NCBI GenBank assembly: GCA_964346725.1
Contig: CAYFVM010000002.1
Coordinates: 80,326 to 144,325, forward strand
Direction of reading: 5' to 3'
Source of the DNA: an uncultured Bacteroidales bacterium
Lineage (GTDB): Bacteria; Bacteroidota; Bacteroidia; Bacteroidales; UBA1715
DNA length: 64,000 bases
Part shown: piece by piece, positions 57,498 to 64,000 of the stretch
How the letters are laid out: each line of letters starts with the position of its first letter
Position numbering within the stretch: the first letter of the stretch is position 1
The notes under the pieces: model-generated
What the model saw: the letters and a program-made list of their open reading frames with translations, nothing else
Told to the model about the DNA's origin: nothing
Databases searched by the model: none
Translations under genes and position numbers: made by a program

Positions 57498-58354
57498 TGA
57501 CAGTTATTGAAACTATTATTATTGCTATAGTAGAGGGGCTTACAGAATTTTTGCCGGTTTCTTCAACGGGGCACATGATAATTACACAAAATTTGTTGGG
57601 TATACCGCAAGGAGACCCTTTTGTGCATGCGTTTACGTTTATCATTCAATTTGGCGCTATTTTGAGCGTTGTTTGTTTGTATTGGAAACGGTTTTTTAAA
57701 CTCAACAATACACCAGTTCCCGAGGGTAGTACAACATTGCAGGCATTCATACATAAATGGAAATTTTATTGGCTATTGTTTGTAGCTGTGCTTCCGGCTG
57801 TAGTAATTGGATTACTTGCAAAAAAATCGGGCTTGCTTGATAGGTTGCTTGACAGTGTGTGGGTTGTTGCAATCATGTTGGTGGTAGGTGGTATATTTAT
57901 GTTGTTTTGCGATAAACTATTTAATAAAGGTAGCGAACAAAACGAAATAACTGAAAAACGTGCATTTCGCATTGGCTTGTTCCAATGTATTTCGGTAATT
58001 CCGGGCGTAAGCCGTTCTATGGCCACAATCGTTGGTGGTATGGCTCAGAACCTCACACGTCAAAAAGCAGCAGAATTTTCATTTTTTCTCGCAGTGCCAA
58101 CAATGGCCGGTGCGACATTACTTGACATTCTTGATTTGTTTAAGGAAGAAACCGCATGGGCAACGTCCGACAATGTGATGATGCTCATAATTGGTTGCGT
58201 CGTGGCATTTTTTGTTGCTCTAGTTGCGATGAAATGGTTCGTGGCGTTTCTTACAAAATATGGTTTCAAAGCATTCGGCGTATATCGCATAGTAGTAGGA
58301 GTAGTGATTATTGCATTTTTGGCGAGAGGTCACGGATTACAAATGATAGATTGA
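57497..58354 (+). CDS. uppP: undecaprenyl-diphosphate phosphatase
   Basis: 285 aa with EGLTEFLPVSSTGHMII and PGVSRS motifs. Confidence 0.95.
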   Translation: MTVIETIIIAIVEGLTEFLPVSSTGHMIITQNLLGIPQGDPFVHAFTFIIQFGAILSVVCLYWKRFFKLNNTPVPEGSTTLQAFIHKWKFYWLLFVAVLPAVVIGLLAKKSGLLDRLLDSVWVVAIMLVVGGIFMLFCDKLFNKGSEQNEITEKRAFRIGLFQCISVIPGVSRSMATIVGGMAQNLTRQKAAEFSFFLAVPTMAGATLLDILDLFKEETAWATSDNVMMLIIGCVVAFFVALVAMKWFVAFLTKYGFKAFGVYRIVVGVVIIAFLARGHGLQMID

Positions 58355-59046
58355 TGAATTTCGTAGAGGGAGAAGTAGTATATTTGAATAAGCCACAGCA
58401 GTGGACTTCATTTGATTTGGTTAACAAAACCAGATTTATGCTTCGTCGTGCCCTTGGCGTAAAAAAAATCAAAGTGGGCCATGCCGGTACGCTCGATCCT
58501 TTGGCTACCGGAGTCATGATACTCTGTACCGGAAAGGCAACAAAACAAATTGATACGTATTTGCATAAAGACAAAGAATATATAGCAACCATAAAATTAG
58601 GTGCAACTACACCATCGTTTGACAAAGAAACCGAAGAAGATGCAACCTTCGAAATCTCACACATCACACGAGAATTGGTAGAACAAACGTTGCCCAAATT
58701 TATTGGAGATATAGAACAAATACCTCCTGCATTTTCGGCAATACGAGTGCAAGGGCAGCATGCATACGAATTGGCTCGCAAAAACCAAGATGTAGAAATA
58801 CCTGCGCGCACGGTTCGTATTGACGATTTACAATTGTTGAGCTACGAGTTGCCATACATTCAAGTACGCGTAGCATGCAGCAAAGGAACATACATTCGCT
58901 CTTTGGCGCGAGATTTAGGCGCAGTCATGAATACCGGCGCGTATTTAACAGCATTACAACGCACTAAAATCGGCGATGTTACATTGTCTGATTGTGTTAC
59001 TATAGAACAGTTACAAGAAATAATTGAACAGGAAAAAATTATATAA
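58354..59046 (+). CDS. truB: tRNA pseudouridine(55) synthase
   Basis: About 230 aa from [14 protein letters not shown], with the catalytic motif [13 protein letters not shown]. The start overlaps the uppP stop (TGATG). The track's 5' extension to 58156 lies inside uppP. Confidence 0.95.
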   Translation: MNFVEGEVVYLNKPQQWTSFDLVNKTRFMLRRALGVKKIKVGHAGTLDPLATGVMILCTGKATKQIDTYLHKDKEYIATIKLGATTPSFDKETEEDATFEISHITRELVEQTLPKFIGDIEQIPPAFSAIRVQGQHAYELARKNQDVEIPARTVRIDDLQLLSYELPYIQVRVACSKGTYIRSLARDLGAVMNTGAYLTALQRTKIGDVTLSDCVTIEQLQEIIEQEKII

Positions 59047-59048
59047 TT

Positions 59049-60125
59049 ATGAAGTTATCAGAGTTTAAATTAAAAATCCCTGCTGAGTCAATTGCAATGT
59101 ACCCGGCAGCAAACCGTGATGAAGCCCGCTTGATGCTGCTCAATGCGAAAACTGGCGAAGTGGAACACAAACTTTTTAAAGATATAATTGAGTATTTCGA
59201 TGATAAAGATATTCTCGTACTCAACAATACCAAGGTTTTTCCTGCTCGTTTATACGGAAACAAAGAACGTACCGGTGCTCAAATTGAGGTGTTCTTGTTG
59301 CGTGAATTGAGCCGCGAACAATATTTGTGGGACGTGTTGGTTGATCCGGCTCGTAAAATTCGTATTGGAAATAAATTGTATTTCGGTGAAAACGATGAAT
59401 TGGTAGCCGAAGTTATTGATAATACCACATCGCGCGGTCGTACTATTCGCTTTTTATGTGAAGAGGACTATGATGCTTTTAAGAGAATTTTATTCTCATT
59501 AGGCCAAACTCCACTTCCCGATCATATTCTAGATGCTCGTCGTCAAGGTGCAAAACAGGTACTTGAAGACTCAGATCAAGAGAATTTCCAAAATATATTT
59601 GCTACAGAAGAAGGTTCGGTAGCTTTGCCTGCTTCAGGTATGCACTTTAGTCGTGAGTTGATGAAACGTCTTGAAATTAAAGGTGTAGATTTTACCTATC
59701 TAACCCTTCACATGGGCTTAGGAAACTTTAGTGCTGTTGAAGTAGAAGATTTGACAAAGCACAAAATGGATTCTGAGCGAATGATTATTTCGGAGGAGGT
59801 GGCTGATGCCGTAAACAAAGCGAGAGAAGAGAAAAAACACGTATTCGCTTGTGGCGCAACCGTACTTCGTGCTATGGAATCATCAGTATCAATGAATGGT
59901 TTCTTGAAAACATACGATGGATGGACCAATAAATTCATCTTCCCACCGTACGAGTTCTCTATAGCAGACCGACTTATTTCTAATTTTCATTTATCACAAT
60001 CGACAATGCTCATGATGGTGTGCGCATTTGGGGGATTCGATACCGTTATGAAGGCATACAACACCGCAATAAAGGAAGGCTATCGTTTTGGCTCATATGG
60101 CGACGCCATGTTGATTATCAAATAA
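59049..60125 (+). CDS. queA: S-adenosylmethionine:tRNA ribosyltransferase-isomerase
   Basis: 358 aa with [28 protein letters not shown] and GSVA.P.ASGMHF motifs. Confidence 0.95.
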   Translation: MKLSEFKLKIPAESIAMYPAANRDEARLMLLNAKTGEVEHKLFKDIIEYFDDKDILVLNNTKVFPARLYGNKERTGAQIEVFLLRELSREQYLWDVLVDPARKIRIGNKLYFGENDELVAEVIDNTTSRGRTIRFLCEEDYDAFKRILFSLGQTPLPDHILDARRQGAKQVLEDSDQENFQNIFATEEGSVALPASGMHFSRELMKRLEIKGVDFTYLTLHMGLGNFSAVEVEDLTKHKMDSERMIISEEVADAVNKAREEKKHVFACGATVLRAMESSVSMNGFLKTYDGWTNKFIFPPYEFSIADRLISNFHLSQSTMLMMVCAFGGFDTVMKAYNTAIKEGYRFGSYGDAMLIIK

Positions 60126-60128
60126 CAT

Positions 60129-61025
60129 ATGATATCCGTAATTATTTGCACATACAATAGAGATTCGTACATCTATAAAACTCTAGAGTTCGTGGCAAAA
60201 AACGATTTGTCAACCGAAGAGTACGAAGTTTTATTGATTGACAACAATTGTACAGACAACACTGTCGCTGAATGCGAGAGATTTCAAAAGAATTATCCTA
60301 ATATTCCTTATCGATACTTTCTTGAAACGAAACAAGGGTTGTCGTACGCACGCAATAGAGGCATAGCCGAAGCACATGGTGATTGCTTCGTTTTCTTAGA
60401 CGATGATGCGTTTATTGAGGTTAATTATCTCAAAAAATTGCGTTTGTATTTATCGCAATATCCCGAAATGATGGCATATGGCGGAAAAATTATTCCCCTT
60501 TATGAAGCGGGGTACGAACCCGATTGGATGTCTCCATGGTTGGTGCCAATAGTTTCGGCTATAGACAAAAGCCCCGACATTGTACCATTTACCGGCAAAT
60601 CATATCCGATAGGAGCAAACATGGGATTCCGCCGCAGTTGTATTGAAAAAGTTGGATTGTTCAATACCACATTAGGTCGTACTAAGAAGAACTTGATAGG
60701 AGGAGAGGAGAAGGATATCTTTAACCGAGTGCAGCTACAAAATATGCAGGTACTCTATTTCCCCAACTTGATAGTTCATCACGTAATACCCGAAAGCAGA
60801 ACAACAATGACGTATGTCAGAAATATGGCTGTTGGTGTGGGTCAAAGTGAAAAAATCCGTTGCTCTTCATGCGTGAAAGAGTATCTTGCGGTAGTTCTCA
60901 AAGAATTGATTAAATGGGGTGGCTCAATTGTTTTGTCGCTCTATTATTTTTTACTTGGCAAACCATTAAAGTCAAAGGCTCTTTTGGTTTTCCGTTGGAA
61001 CGTAACAAAAGGTTTACTGCAATGA
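60129..61025 (+). CDS. family-2 glycosyltransferase
   Basis: 298 aa with MISVIICTYNR...LLIDNNCTD...VFLDDD, the GT-A fold with DxD. Confidence 0.85.
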   Translation: MISVIICTYNRDSYIYKTLEFVAKNDLSTEEYEVLLIDNNCTDNTVAECERFQKNYPNIPYRYFLETKQGLSYARNRGIAEAHGDCFVFLDDDAFIEVNYLKKLRLYLSQYPEMMAYGGKIIPLYEAGYEPDWMSPWLVPIVSAIDKSPDIVPFTGKSYPIGANMGFRRSCIEKVGLFNTTLGRTKKNLIGGEEKDIFNRVQLQNMQVLYFPNLIVHHVIPESRTTMTYVRNMAVGVGQSEKIRCSSCVKEYLAVVLKELIKWGGSIVLSLYYFLLGKPLKSKALLVFRWNVTKGLLQ

Positions 61026-61687
61026 TAGACCCCAAAATAGAGGAATCGTGGAAAAAGGTATTGATAGAGGAATTCAATAAGCCCTATTTCTATGCCTTGA
61101 AGGAATTCCTTGTTGAGGAAAAAAAGCAGTACACCGTTTATCCTGAAGGAAAAAATATCTTCAACGCATTTGCGTACACTCCGTTCGGTAAGGTGAAAGT
61201 TGTGATAATAGGTCAAGACCCATATCATGGGCTGGGACAAGCCCACGGACTTTCGTTTTCGGTGCCCGAAGGCATTGCAAAACCACCTTCGCTCCAAAAT
61301 ATTTTCAAGGAATTGCAGACCGATGTAGGGAAGGAGATACCCGAAAGCGGCAACTTGGAATCGTGGGCACGACAAGGCGTAATGCTACTCAATGCAACAC
61401 TTACCGTTCGTGCTAACCAACCCGGTTCACACCAAAAACATGGCTGGGAAACGTTTACCGACACCGTAATAAAAACACTCTCTGCAGAGAAAAACGGTTT
61501 AGTTTTCTTGCTTTGGGGCCGCTTTGCACACGACAAAGAACAATTGATAGACAGCACAAAACATTTTGTGCTCAAAGCAGCACATCCGTCACCGTTTTCA
61601 GCCTATCATGGATTTTTCGGGTGTAAACATTTCTCGCAAACCAACGAAATATTGCAAGCACAAGGCGAAACGCCAATTGTGTGGTAA
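61022..61687 (+). CDS. ung: uracil-DNA glycosylase (family 1)
   Basis: About 221 aa from MIDPKIEESWKK, with GQDPYHG..QAHGLSFSV and the HPSP loop. It overlaps the GT2 stop (ATGA). The track's 5' extension to 60914 is rejected. Confidence 0.95.
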   Translation: MIDPKIEESWKKVLIEEFNKPYFYALKEFLVEEKKQYTVYPEGKNIFNAFAYTPFGKVKVVIIGQDPYHGLGQAHGLSFSVPEGIAKPPSLQNIFKELQTDVGKEIPESGNLESWARQGVMLLNATLTVRANQPGSHQKHGWETFTDTVIKTLSAEKNGLVFLLWGRFAHDKEQLIDSTKHFVLKAAHPSPFSAYHGFFGCKHFSQTNEILQAQGETPIVW

Positions 61688-61747
61688 GTTATACCGATAG
61701 TTTCGGGTTAATTGGTGAGGTGGTTAATCGGGTATCGATTACGGCCG

Positions 61748-61808
61748 CCACGTCATTCCGAAGGAGCGATAGCGACTGAGGAATCTCCGACACCGTTCAT
61801 TTACAAAT
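61748..61808. repeat. dispersed repeat, copy A (41-nt core + 17-nt second block)
   Basis: CCACGTCATTCCGAAGGAGCGATAGCGACTGAGGAATCTCC (61748-61788) is identical to 63767-63807. It is followed after 3 nt by ACCGTTCATTTACaAAT. Confidence 0.9.
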
Positions 61809-61828
61809 TACCACCTTTCGAGTTCAGA

Positions 61829-62476
61829 TTATTCGCATTCTAAAATCTTTCCATCGTCGGTAATCTTATACACACGGTTAATTGTAGTATCCAACGTTAC
61901 AGCATACGGATCGTCGGCGGAGGGATCAACGCAATACCTCCTGTCTTTAATACTGATTCCAGCATCTTCACTGTACGTGAAAGTCCGCGAAAGTTGACAC
62001 TCATGGCCGAGGCGGGCAAAAACGATACGTTTATCTATGAATGTACCGTCCGGATTGAATGTTTGCAGTTCAAACCAAGACAATATCCCTGACTCATAAT
62101 CATCATCAAGATTGGCTCTGTCATAGCATACAAACAACAGCACTTTATTATGATTCACATCGGGCAAACGCTTATAGAAATGTCCTGGTGTCTTGCGGGG
62201 TTCTATATAGTCAAACCCATACGGCATTTTGCTCCAACTCGTTCCCCCATTAAACAAACTGTCCAATTTATTGGCGGTTGGCGAAACATTATAATGTTTG
62301 TAAAATCGTTCTTGAGAAAAATAAACCCATCCTGCGGAATCCCAATCGACATCAACCATCACAAAAGGCAGTTGCTGTATCGGTGTGTGTGTCCACAGCC
62401 GCTGCGTTGTATTACAGGAAACAAAAAACGCGAAACCGATTAATAAATATAGAGAATATGTAAAAATGTGTTTCAT
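61829..62476 (-). CDS. lipoprotein of unknown function
   Basis: 215 aa. Lipobox FFVSC. No family recognised. It lies inside the repeat-flanked island. Confidence 0.6.
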   Translation of the reverse strand: MKHIFTYSLYLLIGFAFFVSCNTTQRLWTHTPIQQLPFVMVDVDWDSAGWVYFSQERFYKHYNVSPTANKLDSLFNGGTSWSKMPYGFDYIEPRKTPGHFYKRLPDVNHNKVLLFVCYDRANLDDDYESGILSWFELQTFNPDGTFIDKRIVFARLGHECQLSRTFTYSEDAGISIKDRRYCVDPSADDPYAVTLDTTINRVYKITDDGKILECE

Positions 62477-62507
62477 AGATTTTCTCTGTTAGAATAGATT
62501 TTAGAAA

Positions 62508-63650
62508 TCATAAATCTTTTAAAAGATTATCGGCAATTTCAGCTATAGGTTTTAAAGTAGCATACTTGTCGGGGACATCTCCGTTAAGACTGTATGTGGT
62601 AACCCCCATAGGATTTGAATAATCACGTACGGCAAGTTCCACTATACTGTTTTTTGCCTCTTTGCAAAGAATAATGCCTATGCTCGGATTCTCTGTTTCG
62701 TGGCGTTCGTACTTATCCAATAATTTTAAGTAAAAATCAAGTTGTCCAAGATACGCAGGTTTGAATTTGCCTCGTTTAAGTTCTATGGCAACAAGTGCCT
62801 GTAACGTTCTGTTGTAAAAAAGCAAATCAACAAAAAACTCCTCTCCATCTTCTACAACACGGTGCTGATTTTCTATAAAACAAAAATCGGTTCCCAAACG
62901 CTGAATAAATTGTTTTATATTTTGCACAATAGCAGATTCCAAGACACGCTCATCAATACAGGCTTCGTCTTGTTCCTCGTCAATATTAATAAAATCAAGC
63001 AAGTATTCATCTTTGAACATCGTAACGGCTTTTGCCACCTGCTGATTGTTAGGCATTGTAAGGGCAAAATTGTTTGGCATAGAACCAAAATGTTTGAAAT
63101 CGTCTGCTTTCAAATGCAATTTCAAAGTCTCCACCGACCAAAAATTCTGTGCACATTTTTCAATGTAAAAAACACGTTCGTCAAGTGATTTACAATGTGA
63201 TAATATTTCAATGTGATGCGTAAAACCAACCGAAACAAATGTTTTTGAAAAATTACTTGGTTTGTTACCCTCAAAATCGGCAGTTGGTAACTGCCGATTT
63301 TGATCATTCACACCAAAAGTATTTTGAACGTCTTCGTACGACAGCACGGCACGTTCGGCAGTTGACAACTGCCAATTCATATTTTCGTGCCATTCCTCAA
63401 AAAATATACGCATATTTTTGATATTGCGTGCCGAGAAACCTCGTAGCCCCGGCAATTCTTTGGACAACTGACGACTTATTTCTTCAATAGCTCCTGTTCC
63501 CCATTTGTCTTTCCCTCGTGTGTTCGCTGAAATGTATTCTCCCACGAAATAGTAGAGTTTGAGTAATTCAGTGTTTGCCATACGTGCCGCCACATAACGG
63601 CTTTGCAAAATGGCATTCTTAATGTTCTTTACGGCTTCTGACAAATTCAT
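62508..63650 (-). CDS. PD-(D/E)XK nuclease-domain protein (YhcG / DUF1016 family)
   Basis: 380 aa. It has an N-terminal helical DUF1016-type region (LLKLYYFVGEYI...GFSARNIKNMRIFF) and a C-terminal core (DLLFYNRTLQALVAIELKRGKF...GQLDFYL). Confidence 0.85.
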   Translation of the reverse strand: MNLSEAVKNIKNAILQSRYVAARMANTELLKLYYFVGEYISANTRGKDKWGTGAIEEISRQLSKELPGLRGFSARNIKNMRIFFEEWHENMNWQLSTAERAVLSYEDVQNTFGVNDQNRQLPTADFEGNKPSNFSKTFVSVGFTHHIEILSHCKSLDERVFYIEKCAQNFWSVETLKLHLKADDFKHFGSMPNNFALTMPNNQQVAKAVTMFKDEYLLDFINIDEEQDEACIDERVLESAIVQNIKQFIQRLGTDFCFIENQHRVVEDGEEFFVDLLFYNRTLQALVAIELKRGKFKPAYLGQLDFYLKLLDKYERHETENPSIGIILCKEAKNSIVELAVRDYSNPMGVTTYSLNGDVPDKYATLKPIAEIADNLLKDL

Positions 63651-63766
63651 AGGTATTCTTTAAAGAGTTGCGTTTTTCAATTGATTAGTTTCGTAAATAT
63701 AGAGATTTTCGGAAAATGAAAGGAAACGGAAGGGAGTATTTTCCGTAGATGTAGAGACGCACCACA

Positions 63767-63836
63767 CCACGTCATTCCGAAGGAGCGATAGCGACTGAGG
63801 AATCTCCATATGGAGTGATACCGTTCATTTACGAAT
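63767..63836. repeat. dispersed repeat, copy B (41-nt core + 12-nt insert + 17-nt second block)
   Basis: The 41-nt core matches copy A 41/41 in the same orientation. A 12-nt spacer ATATGGAGTGAT replaces GAC. The second block ACCGTTCATTTACgAAT matches 16/17. Confidence 0.9.
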
Positions 63837-63846
63837 GGTATATAGA

Positions 63847-63975
63847 GACTCCGAAGGAGTCACATGTTTGTAGCACGAGCGTATATGTTTCTAACATGCG
63901 ACCCCATCGGGGTCGAATGTCGGGCTCAAGGGCTTCTTCGGTTACAAACATTCAACCCCGTTGGGGTTGTTTTTA
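63847..63975. other. cluster of nested GC-rich hairpins (structured RNA or REP/MITE-like element)
   Basis: GACTCC-GAA-GGAGTC (63847-61). A 9-bp outer stem ATGTTTGTA (63864-72) / TACAAACAT (63943-51) encloses ACAT-G-CGACCCC-ATC-GGGGTCG-A-ATGT (63895-63920). CAACCCC-GTT-GGGGTTG (63953-69) is followed by TTTTT. Confidence 0.6.
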
Positions 63976-64000
63976 TGTGTGTGGGTTTCAAAACGTGATA

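Noticed and set aside
62508-63650. Calling the YhcG/DUF1016 nuclease plus neighbouring lipoprotein a phage-defence system.
   Set aside because: Only one recognisable nuclease domain is present. There is no ATPase, methylase, sensor or toxin partner and no other defence genes nearby. It is kept as an island observation rather than a system call.
63864-63951. An 88-nt segment closed by a 9-bp stem, considered as a tRNA or tRNA-like gene.
   Set aside because: It has no 7-bp acceptor stem with D-, anticodon- and T-arm spacing, no GTTCRANYC T-loop and no conserved D-loop residues. It is retained only as an unexplained structured element.

Overview
This is a dense, AT-rich chromosomal segment. I read it as Bacteroidota, probably a Bacteroidales-like anaerobe. 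Four things support that: 16 exact matches to the Bacteroides -7 promoter box TAnnTTTG sit just upstream of start codons, type IX secretion (T9SS) genes are present, the fumarate reductase operon is of the frdCAB type, and the RND efflux operon ends with a PG0541-type small protein. I call 57 protein-coding genes, one truncated at the left edge and one a 29-codon ORF missing from the supplied track. I saw no rRNA, tRNA, CRISPR array, transposase or integrase. Most genes are housekeeping: ubiE, metF, an ABC-F ATPase, ligA, dprA, ychF, rpmE, rng, an HU-like protein, a PpiD-like chaperone, coaX, frdCAB, glyQS, ftsX, uppP, truB, queA and ung. The regions I think deserve a second look are: (1) a self-contained T9SS cargo locus at 15.2-25.5 kb, with a roughly 1630-aa PKD-repeat protein carrying a type-B C-terminal sorting domain, a divergent PorP/SprF gene, and two tandem TPR / PD40 propeller / OmpA paralogues; (2) an untracked 29-aa Lys/Arg/His-rich ORF with a canonical GGAGG Shine-Dalgarno between the HU gene and rng, followed by a perfect 16-bp hairpin; (3) a proB / C26 amidotransferase-like hydrolase / atypical HAD operon with no proA nearby; (4) an alpha-galactosidase co-transcribed with an NrtR-like regulator whose Nudix box is degenerate; (5) three unknown envelope genes heading the dprA-ligA string; (6) a lipoprotein carrying an internal type-B-CTD-like module; and (7) a two-gene island downstream of ung (PD-(D/E)XK nuclease plus lipoprotein) flanked by identical 41-nt direct repeats and a cluster of nested GC-rich hairpins. 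All family assignments come from reading the translations by eye. No database search was run.
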